From the NCBI GenBank assembly GCA_001643675.2, contig LSRY02000002.1, positions 682,001 to 746,000 on the forward strand: DNA of 64,000 nucleotides, given 5' to 3'. Below are positions 25,701 to 40,700 of this stretch, piece after piece. The translations under genes were made by a program, and so were the position numbers. The first letter of the stretch is position 1, and every line of letters begins with the position of its first letter. This stretch comes from Monocercomonoides exilis PA203 (taxonomy: Eukaryota; Protista; Preaxostyla). The notes beneath the pieces are model-generated. The model saw nothing but the letters and a program-made list of their open reading frames with translations, had not been told where the DNA came from and ran no database searches.

Positions 25701-28700
25701 GGTGGTCCACATGGACTGCCATCAACAACGCGCCGAGTGGGTCGCGAAGGTTCGAAAGGATTTTGAAACACAAAGTGAGAGAATGGCGCACAAGGGATGT
25801 TAATTTGTGATGTTGATAAGGATGATTGTAATTTTACAGGAAGCGAATGAAGCACAAGCTCGTCTGATAAGATAGCTGTTGATGTGTTCAAATGAATTTC
25901 ATTTACTCCATTTGCTATTGGCGAAGACACCAGTGAAGCTTCAGCAGAAGAAGGTATCTTTGCATAAGGGGCCAACAAAAATTGTGCACGGCGGCAAATA
26001 TTCAATGCCCACTGATTGAGCCACTGGCGATGATTGTGCTGTTGCTTTCGAATACTCAAAAGAATTCCAACTCCTTTATAACTTGCATCTTCATTATTGT
26101 TCTGATTTGCTTCTGAATTTTTAGAAGGAGCATCAGTGTAAGTTGTGAGAGTCACATCTCCATCACGAATTGTCATATTCTTGCTGGCAAAAGGCAAAGA
26201 TCCCGAAACGGATGAAGAAGTATTATCATCATTAGCAATAGAACCTGATCTCTCTAACAACATCTCGTTTTTTTCGGGAGCAAATGAAGAGACAAGAACA
26301 TTTCCCAATGGCAGAGCCTGTGTTGATTCTTCGCTTGCACAATACCTTGATGTGCGTAAGAGTGTTACTATTCCCTGATTTGACTTTGATAAGAAGTCAA
26401 ACACAGGAAACACAGAATCGCTCTTTTCTCTGGTTGATAGAGAAAATGATGCAACATCTCCTCTGGTGCGGGATCCAGCTTGGTTCATTTGCTGTTGCAC
26501 TGCTTGATCTTTGGAAGAAGATGAAGCACTCATTGAATTTTGGCGAGTTCCGTTTGAAGAATCCGTCGAATCCTTCGAGCTTGCCAATCGATTTGCGGAA
26601 TATGCAGAAGTTGCAGCTGTAGGGTTGAAAAATGGGCATTCAACGATACTGTGATTGGCAATATCAAACTTCAGAAGATTTTGGAGAGCAATTCCAATTA
26701 TATCTTCGTCCATTGTTGATGAGCGGTAGTGAGGAGCAAGCAGTTCCACAAGAGCAATTGCAAGGGCACTGTTGTGAAATATCTCTTTCTGTGCCTTTGA
26801 GGAATTTGTAGAAAACAAAGAAGATTTCATAACAGAGCTTATTGAATGTGCCACAGCTTCACTCATAGCTCCCTTTTCTTCGATTTGTTCAATTTTCTTT
26901 TGTAATTGTTGTTCATTGTTAACTTTGCTCACAATAATTACAGGATTTTCCATTCCCCTTTGAGGCTGGATCTGATTCTGAGCATAAGTGTTTGAACTGT
27001 CTTTTGCCGAATGTCTTGTTTGCTGCCCATCGGCATTCGCATCGGCAGCAAGCGGAGTCGAATTAGTAGATGATCTGTTTAGCACAGTTGGTTGTGGAGG
27101 ATCTGGAATTGGATATATTTTCATTTCTCGATGTCTTCTTTCGTGCAAAGAAGCAACAGTTAAAGCAGTTGTTGAAGTTGATGCAGTTACAGTTGGAGTG
27201 GAGCTGCTCGAAGATGACTGGCCCGATTGCGGATCTGATATTGGTGTGGAAAGAATATTCACTAACGAATATGGAAGCTCAGACAGCCAAGTATGCTCTT
27301 TAGAATTAAGTGCAATACCATACAGACTTAAAGAGCCTCTGATAACATCTGCAATAAACTCCTCAGCGCATAGCTTTGATATTGAAAGTACTGTTGGATT
27401 CATTGCGCCCAACTCTCCATAACATTCAGCAGCGGCTTCTCGAACATCTCTATTTTCATCATCGCAAAGCTGCAGAAGCAAACCACAAATGGGTCTTAAA
27501 AGATATGTACATGACTCAGCATGTAGTACAGTTAGCTGAGCTTGATAATTGGTACTCTGTGGAAGCTGACTCAATTGAGTCTGCGAAGAAGAAGATGACG
27601 ATGAAGAAGGAGATCCAATGAAAGAATCTGAAGTTACTGATGAAGATGCTTGCGATGCAGTTGGCAACGAATTTTTCACTCTTTGATATGCTTGAAGAAT
27701 GGTTTCAATTGACGGAGGGATTTTCATTGGAGCACCTCCGCCTTCTTGTTCAGCAATTTGGAGGAGAGCACGAAAGAAAAAGAAGCGGTTTGGACGAATG
27801 ACCAGATGTCGAAGTTGAGAAAGCGAAAGAAGTCTAACAGAAGCTGAAACGTGTGTTAGTCCTCTGGCAATAAATACAAATTGATGGAAAATGTGCAGCG
27901 ATGGCAACTGCTTTAGAAATAGCTCATGGAATGAAAGTGTTTGGTCATGTGAAACATCCAATGCATTGTTTGATTGGTAAGCATTTTTTTGAATTGGTGA
28001 GTCCACAAAGGGAAGATAGGGTACTTCAAATAAAGTGACAAGCGCATAATCTGGTTTCAAAACTGTGCGTAAGAGATTAAATTGAGAAGGATCTATAAAC
28101 AGAAGCGTTGACAATGATGATTGCACTTTTTGTATTTTTTGCATGGATGATGATTCTAACAAAAGAGTTGATAAATTTGTGACAGCGCTTGTTTCGTGGA
28201 TTTCTGGATTCATTAAGATTTTCTGTGCTAAAATCGCATCACATAATCTTTGGGGAGGCCAAAACATTGATACAAGTAGTGAAAAGAGAGAAAGAAGACT
28301 TTTGCATCTTTTTTTGAAAAGTATTGCAGCAATCTCTGAAGTTTGCTCCTGTTTTTTCGGTTCATCATATGCCTGATTCTCAATATCCATTTTTAATCGT
28401 TGCTTTTGAGCGTTTATTTGTGAAGAAAGAAAAGGAACCTGACGAGAATGGATGAACTGGTTCTGAATAAGCCGAAGAATTCTGAGCGAATGTTGTTCAC
28501 TTTCTGTTTCTTCTCCGTCTTTTGAACTGAAAAGTGTTTCTGGATCTTCTCTCAAGTTTGAAAGGATTGTAATGAGCAAAGGCAGAATATCTCCAATAAG
28601 CTGAGGAATGAATGGCGAACAAAGGGAAGGAGAGAGAGAAATTATCAAAGTTCTGTAAGTTTGGCAAGCTGAAAGAAAAAGTGAATGGCGTAGGAAAAGT

Positions 28701-31700
28701 TCGTTACTTTCAAGCTTTTGTTGATCGGTCGATGATGATTCGTCTGAAAATGAATAAGATAATGAAGACCCCTTATTCCCTTGAGAACTGGCATTTAGCA
28801 CTTTTTTATCTGAAACAAATGATTTAGGTTCTTTTGAGTGTTGCTTTGAAGAAAACTCAAAAAACGAAGGATGAAAAATGGAAGTACATGCCCAACGAAG
28901 TGTCGCAAGCAGTTTAGGCAGCGATGATTCAACAAATGTGCTTATTGATGGAATTGTTATGTTCTCCAACCCTGAAAGAGAGCGATCAGGCTGAAACGGA
29001 ACATTTGGAGAAAACAACGATTTCGAATGCAAAACAGAAGTCGATGGAGGATAGACAGTTGATCTGGGCGGAAACAATGGAGTTTGTTGTGGATGTTCTT
29101 GAAGTTGGCGCAGGATCGCTTCGTTCATGTTTTGATTATTTATATTCGATTCACTCTTGTAAGTCAAATTCTTAATGGGAGGAGAAAAGACAGAAGAAGC
29201 TCCAGCTGCTGCAGGCTGTGCAACTGCCTTTGTATTTGTGTCTTCAGTGATAACAGAGACTTTTGGTATTGCTTTTTGTGGAAGAGCCTGCGGAGGCGCA
29301 AATTGTGGAGATGGAGAAGTAATCGTGGCTGCAAGTGTTGCTGGTATTGCAGCTGATAAAGATGAAGGAACAGGAATAGTGGCATCCGGCAGCAAAGAAG
29401 AAGAAGTATCTAACAATCCACCCATCCCTGTTTGTAGTGCAGTTTTCTGTTTGCTCTCAGTCTGTTGAAGTAATGCTGCATTCTGTTCTGTCGTTTGAGG
29501 TATCTTAAATGCCATATCTTGTGAAGATAGCGATTCTTGCTCTTCTGCTGATGATGCTGAAGTTGCTGCTGCTTTCGTCTTGCGTCTTGCCCTTCCTCCT
29601 CTTCCGCGTGCTGGTCTTCCTTTTCCTCTTTTTCTGCTTGGCGTTAACGTTGCAGCTGCTCCTCGCTTCGAAGAAGCCCTTGTCTTTTTGCCTGCTTCTG
29701 TTTCATCCGCTTCTGCTTTGACTTTGCCGGCTTCGTTTTCGTGCTCTTTCACATCTTCGTCGTCTGTTGAATGCGATCTTCCTGTTTCATTGCTGCTCAT
29801 TTCATCAACTTTGTGTCTGTTAGCAGCTCCTCGTCCTTTTTGCACTTCTCGAATTTTCACTCTTTTTCTTCCTGATCTCGTCTCAATTATGATTTCATCA
29901 TCTTCTTCATAAAGATGTTCGGATGCCTTTTCTAGATTTTCTGCTTCAGTTTTGTCTGCAATCACTTTCTTTTGTCCTCTTTTTTTATTCTCTCCATCAG
30001 CTTTACTTGTTTTTCCGTCAGCAACTGTCGAGCGTGTTCTTCCTCCTTCATCAGTCTCTGAATCTTCCGGACTTTGAGGATTGAGATGCTTCGAATCGTG
30101 CTGCGGTTTTGAAGTCACTACTTCGTCCATTCTGTCGCTGTCTTCATCGTCTTCAACCAAATTGGTTTTTGTCCTAATTGTTTCAGAATGCTCATTTTTT
30201 TCAATCGATTCTTTTTCATCTGGTCTTTTTCGTTCGACCATCGAATTGTTCAAATAAATCAGCGGTATCAAAGCACAAAGAGCATCAAATGCAATAAGCT
30301 GCTTGTCAAGTGAAGAAGATCTTAGAACAGAAGACAAAAAGGCTACAACATGAAGAAAGTTGCCTTGCAAATAGTGAGAAACAAGACAAGCTGAAGAAGG
30401 GTCGAAGTTATTAGCCAGAACAGACGGTGCTGATTGCACAAAGGCCAATTCTCGATATACTTCAAACTGAGCACAGTTGAGATTTTGCACTTGAGAAAAC
30501 GTAGGCGATACAGGCATCTGTGAAGCAACTTGTGACTCAGCAGAGAACGAAGTCCTTAAATTATGTGGAAGAGCAGCTGTTGTATTGAATTGTTGGTTCA
30601 AAAATGGATGTGTTTTTCCTGTGCGAGTGGCAGATGCAACTGCAGCCGAATATGCCTGAACAGAACAAGACAGCGGAGCATTCGAAAGAACAGGAGCCAT
30701 AAGATACAGATCGAGATCAATGATAGCAGAAGAGCTTAACTGCAGAACATCAGAAGGAGATTGCATCAAAGAACGAGGTGACGACAAACCAACCTGTCCA
30801 GCTGCGGTCATTGGACGCGGGAACGGATGAAAAGCAGACATATTTGGACTCTCTGAGAATGTGAAGCGAGGAGTCGACGAAATAACTGAAGGCATCATGC
30901 CATTGGTAGCTGAACCAGAACTCGAGGCTGAACTTGAATCAGAAGGCGAGGAAGGAGATGAGGTTATGTGAGAGGAAGGAGGAGAAGTAGGCTGAGTGCG
31001 TTTTAGCTCTGTCTGCTGGAAGCAAATATCAGCAATTCGGATAAGAGTGGCAAATGGCGGTGAAGAACTTGATGTTGAAGAAGACGAATATTGTTTTGAT
31101 GACGAAAATGATGAAAATGAAAAAGAGTTCTGAGACGACAATTTTGTGTTTTTTGATGATTTATTCTGAATATCAGAATTTTCATCAATGTCAAAATTAA
31201 ACATTTCTTCCCTGCTAGCTTTTCCAATCTCCATTATAACATGCTCCAAAAGAGGGTATTGAACAAGCCCAAAAAAGCTTGAAAATGATGATATTCCGAG
31301 AGTGGTCATAATAAAATCTATTCCCAATGATGATAAAGGTTCTGGTTGAATCGAATTCATCTGAAGTTCATCAGAAAATCGAGTTTGAGACTGAAATTCT
31401 GGTCTTGAAGGTGTTTTCACCACATTCAGCGTGCGTGTAGGTGATGTTGGAGGTGATTCAACAAAAGAATGTGCCCTGTTAGTTGGAGATGGCGAACAAA
31501 ATCGAGCTGGTGAAGATATTGCAAATCTTGTTGCAGCTTCATCTGGGTGCGTCATTAGAGAATATGTGAATAGCGCAAGATTCTCAATAATTAATGTTCG
31601 TGATGCAATCATGTGGATGGTACGTCTCTTATCTGCTTCAATATGAGATAGCATATTCTGCTGTGGTGTTGAAGTTTGCTGCGCTGCCGAAGAACTAGAA

Positions 31701-34700
31701 GAAGAAGATGACGTTGAAGACGTTGCTGAAGAAGAACTTGCTGTTGCAGAGCTCGTATTGGTCTGAGCTGATGATTGTGCATTCTTCATTCGTGATCCAT
31801 TTCCAACAGTTTCAGCTGATGTTGAATCAAAAATAGATGTGGTTGTCAGAGGAGAAGGTGCAGTTGTTGTTGATGTCGATGCTTTTGGTGTTGCCTGAGC
31901 AGATGACTGCGGAAGAGTCGAAGAGGCAGAGGAAGTGTACAATGGATGCGGATAAAGTATTTGAGAAAGAAGGATTAGATAATCTGGAAACACATATTGT
32001 GTCAATACTTGAGGCCCTGCTTCAGAATTCACAGTTGGCGTATTCAATGGATTCTGTTGTTTTTCTGGTAAAAAGCGCGAATAAGTTGCTGGATTTGCAG
32101 AATCTGTGTAAAGCGAGGAAGTGAGTTTTGACATTTGATGCGCAGGTGTTGCCTTCTGTTTTGTGAGTTCAGCTGCTACATTATCTTTTGCAGATTGAGC
32201 TCGCAGTGATGCTGAAGTTGATGAAGATGGCAATGTATTTGTGCCAGTAGTTGCCGTTCTCTGTTGTTTTGAGGAATTATTTGCATCATCTTGTCCAACA
32301 GCCAAACACAATGCGCTTCTTTCTTGTTCCTGGAAGTGCTGCTTCCGCTCAGCAAATCGTCTTTCTCGTGTTTCTATCAAAGACTCAATGAACAACTGTG
32401 CAAGAGCTGAAGGAAAGAATGATGATAAATAATCCTTTGGAGTAGTGTGATAGCAAAGAATAGGAATGGTACACAGAAGAGGTGGTGGCTGAGGAGATGA
32501 AAAGCAGCTGAAAAAAAACAAAGGTGCAATTTCTGTTGGCTTAATACGTTTGAGCTCCTCAGACTCATTCTGCATTTGAGCAGATCCGAATGAAGATGTT
32601 GATGATTCACCAGAAAGCAATGAAGATTCGCTGCTGAATGAGAAGTGCATAAAAATGGAAAATGGATCAGAAAGAAAGCGCATTTTCTGTTGGCGAAACT
32701 GCTTTTGAAGCTGGTTCAAAGCAGAAGATTCAGGCTTTAACTTCTGAAGCAAATAAATCAACTCTGCCCATTTTTGGTTCTTTGTGGTGATTGTTGCAAG
32801 TGTTGTGTCTATTGAATCTTCAGTCATTGTTTTCACGACAAATGCAGCAACAGCAGTCTCAATGGGACTAAGTAATAACTCAACTGATTCAAGCCCCATT
32901 GCTTCTGCCCAACTTTCCAGTGATTCAATTGAAAGTCGTCGCACATCTGTGTCTTTGTCCTTCAGACAAGTCAAAAGGAATAATTCGACAAACGAAACAG
33001 GAAACGAATAAAGTGGATGTCTGACAAGAGATGAGAGGGATTTTGAGGTAGATGAATGCTCAAACAGATCTCTCTTTAAACATGTGGATAGCACTGAAAT
33101 TGCTTTCTGTGCCTTGTTTCTGTCCGTTTGCACTCTTAAATGTCTCGATCTCTCCGAAATGATTATTGAAAGAATGTTTGTTGCAGCGCCAACGGTCATG
33201 ATGCTGTCATCTTCATCACTTTTTGATTCAGTGAAAAAATTTGAAGGAGAAACGCGCAGTGGGCTCATCAGGACATTCATACATTCCCAGCTGTTGTTTA
33301 ATTCCTCTATTTGCTGCTCTGTGCTCGAAGTCGAGTCTGCATCTGCAGTCGCTTCTGTGTATTCATCGCTTTCAGAATATGATAGTTCCCCGCTTGTTTC
33401 TGTACTACTCTCACTCAGACTGCTGATCTCGATTCCAATTCGTTTTCCTCTCTTTATCTCATCGTTGCTTGAAATTGCATTCATTTGAGCATCCATTACT
33501 TCATCACCATTTTCTTTTGAAATCATTTTGTGCTTCGTATACTGGACTTTAACCGTTGCTTGTCCTTGCTCGGATTTTGCAGAATCGCCTTTGATGTTAT
33601 TTGTTGATAAACGAGAATCAACAATTGCGCCTCTCTTCTTCTGCATAGTCAAATTAAGATCTCCAACATCGATCCCGGTAGAAGTTACTTTATTTTGGCT
33701 CGCTTGTAATGCATTGTAAAGCTCATTTATTGAAGGCTTTCTTGTAAGTGCTGCTGGAGAGATAGCTGGAAGCGAACTCGAGTACGTGGAAGAGGAGGCA
33801 TTTTGTGAAGTTCCAAGTGATAGTGGTGATAAAGCCCGCTTTCTAGGTGATGCAGTCACATCATGCAGCATGGAATGTGACGTTAATGAAGTTGAATGTG
33901 ATGAAGAAGAGTTGGCGAGTAATGCTGTTGTTGAAGAAGATGTTTGCGTGACTATTTGAGGAGAATGAGCCAAAGATGAAGCAATCGTTTTTGTGTCATG
34001 CAATTTTTTCGTCAAGCCACTTGCTCGAATTCCCTTTGAATCCAATTTTAACCCCAATGTGCGCTTCTTTGGTGTGCTTTGAGTTGTTGCATTGATAGCT
34101 GAAGGCAGTTTGGTATTATTTGTGGTTGTTGTGGAAGATGGAAAAGGAAGCATCGGAGAAGCTTCAGCAGAAGGAGATGGAGAAAAATTGGACGATGATA
34201 TTGAAAATGAACTGCTTGGTGCTAATTGCATTGTGGCTGTTGGCCGAGAAAGAGGCGCTTGAAGAGTGGACATAGTTTTTGGTGACACTGCAAGAGAGAT
34301 TGGGGAGTGAGTTAATGTTGTTAATGATGGTGAAACTGGAAGTGTTGATGCAGAACCAGAGTAACTCTGTTCGGGTTTTTCGTCGTTTGAGTCACAAGTC
34401 AAATCAACGATTTTCATTGAAAGCTTTTCGGACAACGAATGTGATGAGGACAATGGTTGAATAGGATGTTTTCTTCCATTCAATCCGTGCAGTGTTTTGG
34501 TTGAGTTTCGTTCTAGAACTGAGGGAGAAGCAGGAGTATACACAAGCGGTGTTTTCATTGTTGAATTTGCGAGTGTGAGCGAGGGAAAAGAAGAGAGGCC
34601 AATTGAATTTGATGCAAAAGATGCAGCAGAAGATGGCGTTGAAGACACAGCAAACGGATCATTTTGCGTCTGAATGCGTGCTGTTTTTGTGATTTCTTGG

Positions 34701-37700
34701 GTGTGAGATTTCACCGTTTGCAGATACTTTTGCTGAAATAAACTGTGGTGTTTGTTTGATAATTCTGTTTTTGTTGATGATTTTTTGTTCTTTTTGTTCA
34801 AAATCTGAACAGGCCATGTTGGAACTCGATTAAGAAGAGGAGGAAAATAATTAATATTCTGCTGTGTGCTGCCAAACTTTGTAAACAACTGAACGGTTAA
34901 GAACTGTCTTAGCATCCAGTTCATCATTGACTGCCCCAAAGAGCCTATCATTGAAGCAATTGAATGTGGAGATTGTGGATATTGTTCATCTTTGGCAAGC
35001 AAAGTTGCATTTTCTGTTCTGATTTCTTGCACAAGTTCATAAATCCCAACAAGTCTTCGTATTAAAATGCTGCATCCAGTTGTGTCTGTCCATTCCCGTT
35101 GACTCGACATGATCGATGACGAAAGTGATTTTGGTGAATTTGGCAAGTGAAATTGAAAAGAAGTATCGTTTTGTGTCGAAAATGCAGGCGCATCGATTTC
35201 CGAAGATGGTAAAGAAGATGATGAACTCGAAGTCTTTAATGCTGCTGATGATGAAGTTGAAGATGCTGCCGCACCAGAAGAAGAAGTTGTTCTCTTGAAC
35301 ATTGCCAAAGAAGATGTTTTTTTCAGCGGAGGCGAAAAGACCAATTGAGATGGTGAAGACTTTCGATGCGCTGAGCCTCCTTTCTTTCCTTTTTTGCGCT
35401 GTTCTTTCAATTTCCTTTGTTGATTTTTACTTTCTTTTTGTTCTAAAGCCTTCAAAATCACTGCAGTTGACCATGCTGATTCACCTTTCCTGATAAGCGC
35501 TGAAGGGAATAGAATAAGGGCAAGTGTGTAATGAAGAGTGAATACTGATGATGGAAGCGTTGATAAAAGAGAAATCTGCTGCTGAGTCAACTGCTCGAAA
35601 GAAATTGAATTATTAATTGGTTTTAATGGAGATGGCTTTGGCTGAGTAATCGAAGGAACATCGCCAGTTGAAGAAGACTGCAATGAAATCACCGAAGGTT
35701 TCACACTTTGACTCTCAGAAATATCTTTCGTTTCCATTCCATTCTGCCCAACAAGCGCTATCAGCTGAGAATCATCCACAGGAGGAGAAAAAAGAGACGG
35801 GACAGAAGTGGCAGAGGTTGATGTTAATCTCTGCTGGAACGTGGCCTGTGCAGTTGTTCCTGGCTGATCTTGAACGGGAGAAAAGCCTTCAGACAAATGA
35901 AGAGGCGTTCCTGTAGCAGACACAGGATGCGAAGATGTTGAAGGATTGATATTGAACAGCTGGGACATCAGAGGCTGCTGTGTCAACGGACCAATTGCTG
36001 AAGTCGAAGACCAATCAAGTTCAAAAGTTGTTTCTGGTGTTTGGAATGGAAGAACAGCCCGAGGCAATTTTGGTGTTGAAACAGAAAAGACCGATTGTTG
36101 TGCGTTAAGTGAGTTGCCTGCATTTGTCATTAGCTGTGACATAGGAGATGTTGTTGAGTCAGATGAAGCTTTGGATGGATCTTTGTTAGAAAGTGAAGTT
36201 TGAAGAGGCTCTGCGCTTTTTCGTTGTTTTAATGATCTCTCGGAGTCTGAAGCACTTGTTGCTAATTGATCTTCTTTCCTGTCTATTGAGCAGCACAACT
36301 TATCTTTGTTCCAAAGCTCTCTGTTGTCTTCTTCACCGCAACGAGTAAGTCTTGTGGTTTCTCCATCGGCAGCGTCGCCTTCTTCAATTGTTCCTGTTTC
36401 GTCGTCATCCACATCCTCATCATGTTCGTCTCCATTGACCAGCTGCTTCAATGTCGTGTTCTGTTCGTTCGGATCAATCATGCTCCTAATAGTGCTTGTC
36501 ATGATTGCTGATAGTGATTTTTGCTTTCCCGAGGCAATCATCTTCGACACTGGTGGAGGAGATAGAAGAAGCGGTGGGCGAAGTGGTTTATGTTTGGGAC
36601 TGAGCAGCTTTGCCATCACTTCACTTGATACAATTTCAACTGAATCATCAGAATCTCCGTCGCTTGTGGCATCTTCGTCGAATTCATCACCAGATTCATC
36701 AGAAAGACTTATTTTTTTGTTGTATGATTCGGAAAACTTGCCTGCTTCTTTGCTCTCTCCTTTGTCATCACCTTTGCCTTCTACGTTTTTACTTGATTTG
36801 CGTGTCACTTTGACTCTGAAAGAAATTCCCCTCTCACTTCTTTCTTCTCTACTGTGTTGTTTGATTTGTTGCTGTTGTTGTTTTTCTGTCTCATTGATCA
36901 ATCGAACAGCACGGTTCATTGCCAGTCTGTTCTCTGGCGATGCTTCAAGCTTATTCAGTGCAGGCCCTTCTGAGCTGAAGAGGCGTATGAGAGATGACTG
37001 AATTGAAGCAGCTGTGGCAAGCGTCACTTGCTGTGTTGAAGAGACTGTCGAAGAAGACGATGACGGAATGCAAGCAGGCAAAGGCGTTGCAGAGATTGTG
37101 GATGGGATGGAAGATCGCTTGTCTGGCGAAAGAGAAAGACTAAAGTGGAAAGAAAGCGAATCGGTGTCTGATCGAGATCCGGAATTTGACTGTTCATTTT
37201 TCCTTTCAGATGATTTTGACTGTTGTAGCGAATTTTGTCCTCCTTCTTCAACAATCTCGTCTAAGTTAATGGTTGGCACGATTGCCCATCCATTTTGATA
37301 AGAATACGCAGAAATTTTGTTGTTTATGTTTTTTAAACATTTACTTGAAGCTTCACCAGAAGTCGTTAAAGCTGTCATTTTCTCGTCGTTTGAAAGTCCA
37401 TTTGACACTTGATAAGACTTCACAAATCGAATTCCAACATGAAATGGCATAAAAAGAGATGATATTGATGAGTCACTTCGTATTTTTTCCATAAATGACA
37501 CTGAATGCTCATGGTATTTCGGTGATGCCGAAACATTCCGTTCCGTCACTGGAGAATATGCAGCTGGCTTTGGCCGATTCGAATCAAGTGTTCTATCGTT
37601 TGAATTTCTTGGTGACAGCTGTTGTGGAGATTGTTGAGTTGGCGATTGTGTTTGTGACATTCTTTCTTTATATCTCTGCTGAAGCATGTACAGTCGATTG

Positions 37701-40700
37701 GAGTTCTTTCGTGCAAGCGGTTCTCTTCTTGGAGAAGACGAAGAAGAAGACTGAGGCGACTTAAATGAAGATGGAGAAGGAGGTATTTTGCTCGTCTGTT
37801 GCTTTGATGGGCTTTTTCGCGCAGAGTCATTGTCTTGCTTCTTTTCACTAGTTGGTGACAAAGGGAATGCAAATTGACTCCTTTTTTCAAAAGTTCGTCC
37901 TCTCAGCGACATCAGGCCAATCGGAGCGTAACGAGGTTGAATAAACAAAGGAAAAAGTTTTGCAGCAGCTGACACGACGGGATCTCTGGCATCAGACAAT
38001 AAAAATAAGGCTGATTTCAGCAGAGAACGATGCTCCATCAGCTCGCCAAGTGGTGCGTGGATCAGAAATGCTGGGAGAGAATGAAGGAGAAAGGAGCGAC
38101 GGACAGATGTCTCGTAAATCGGCTGGATCAGCGAAAACAGAGGCGACCATGCCAAAAGTGACAAAAAAGAAGAGTACATCCGAAGGGGAGAAAAGTGCTT
38201 TGAGAGAACTGTCCGCGAAACCGACTGACTTTGCCGTGTTTCGGTTCTGTTTGGAGTTGAACGCTCGTGAAAAGATGATGCTTTTCTTTGAAGTTCTGAT
38301 TTGTGTCTGTACTTTTCTGAGTTGCGTGATGATTTCACCATGAAGCACGTGGAATCTACAAGGCAATCTCCTGTTGTATGACCAGAATAATAGCATTCAG
38401 ACTGTTGGGGTGTAAAAACATCGAAGAAACGATTCAAAAGAGATGTTCTTCCTTTTGTTGTTGTCAGCGTCTGAAAGCGGCGATGGATCGAATGCTGATG
38501 CTTGTGTCTTGAAAAAGATTCTGTTCTTGAAAGAGCTTTCTTTAAAGTCTGCGAATTCTTTGTGGTCGAAGCAATCGCCGACGAAAAATCGTTTGAAGGT
38601 GAGACAGAAAGTGAGCCATATGAATAAAAAGAGTTCTGCGAAGCTCTATTATAGGGACTTTGGCATATGTCATCAATTTGAGAAGACGAACGCTTTCCAT
38701 AAGTCGAATTTGAGTTGAAGCGTTGTGATTGAGATTGCAATGATGAATGCTTTTGTTTGCTCACAGAAGAAAGTGGATGAAAAAGTAACGAAGAATCAAA
38801 AGAAAGTGGCATCGCTATTTCGCTTTCAGCAAATAAATCGTTAAAATTCTGCTGGTGATGGCACAATGTGCACTTTATGTGATTAAGAGGTTGCTTCAAA
38901 GATAATGGGATCACACCTGATGAAATTGCTGAATTGAACGATAAAAAGGCAAATTTATTGGTGCAAAAGATTCCACGTGATGATTTTGTGAATAGAGCTT
39001 CCAATGAATAAAAAGATGAGAGTGTATCCAGCGAAGATAGCAGCATCGGAGAAATGAGAGATTGGAGAGAAAGCTGCTGAGGAACAGGAGACGATATTAA
39101 AATTGGCAATTGAGACGATGAATCAAGATCAATTGACTGTTGATTCTTTCTTGCTTGTTGTGAAGCTTGAGATCCCTTTGAAGCTATTGGCTGAGAAGAC
39201 TGGCTGGCTGATTGCGAAGTCACATCAAAGCTGCTCATTGCAGATCGTGTCTGTGATGAATCTATTTGCTCCATAAAAGACGAAGATGCTGATTGTATTT
39301 GAGAAGTGTCGTCGTTAAAAATGACAGAAGAAAGAAGAAGAGGACAAGGACCAGAAGCGACGACATGAGGAATAGAAATATCTAAGTTGTTACAGATGAG
39401 ATAGATGAGCGCTGATTGATAGTCACTTTCGAAGCAAGCTGAACCATATGAAACAAATGAATTATCTTTAAAGGCAGTTGAAAGAAGAGTTGATGGACTG
39501 TACGATGAAGAAGAAAGAGGGTTGTGTTGCTGAATCCAATCCATCCACGAAAAAAAAGAGATAAACGGTGAAGAGAAAGATTTACTATATGAATATGAAA
39601 TATCATCCAAAAATGGATTTTGCTGCGCCTTCGGAACAAACAAATGAGAACATCTGTAAAAAGGTGTAGAGATTTCGCAATTCAGACAATTATTCAGCTG
39701 CGTTGATTGTTGTCCTAACGATTGAGATTGTGTAAGTCTGACTTTGTTTGGTGTTATCTGTGCTTGCTGTGGTCCATCGACAATTGCATATAAAGATTCT
39801 TGCAACTTCATGTTGCCTATGTGCCTTTTCTCTCCACGTGGACACTGAGTTTTTCGATGGTGTGAGGAATGCGAAGAGCCAACTGCGGATGTTGTACGAT
39901 TAACTGTTTCCAAAGGCAATGAATTTGGTTGTGTGTTGCAAGCAGACATTGGAGTCAATCGATAAGATGATGATGATGAAGCATCCAAAAAATGAGAAGA
40001 GAGCATTTCTGTATTCGTGTCCATCGTTCTTGTGAAAAAAGTTGATTCTGCCAGTGCAATTAAGCTGACCTTCTGTTTGTGAGTCTGTTTCTGTTCGAAA
40101 TTTGACCGGCGAAGAGGAACTGTGCTCTGATCATCTGCTCTCATTTTATCATCTAAATCGTTCTTTTTCTTTTTCATAACAGTGTCTTCCGCTATGCTCA
40201 GTCGTTCAAATGAGGAAAACGCACAGTAAATAGATCCTACTGAAGATGCAACACTCTCATTTGAAAAGTGCCGAAGACGAGGGTGCTTGTTGAATATGCG
40301 ACTGCGAATGTTCAACGTCAATGCAATGGAAGGTAATAACTGTGGTGAAATAGGTAGAGGCGGCAGACCTTTAAACGGAAGATCTGAATTTTTAGTTGTC
40401 AGAAAAGATAAAGGGAGAGAATGTGTCATCAGAGAAAGAGAGGGAAAAGAGACGAGTGTTGAAATAAGAGAATGAAGCTGTGGAGGAGAAACGAAAGGAA
40501 AATGTGGCGCAAAGAGAGGAATAAGCTGAGCACAATACGAACTGATTGATGAGTGTGAAGGAATAGAGATTAGTAAATTGATTAAAGAAAAAATGATTTC
40601 CGAACGTGGTGGTGAGATGCAATTGTTCGATGAATGCTTCTTTTCAGAGCAAAATGTTTCTTTGATCTTGCATGATAAAATTCGTTCACAACTGCTAAAT

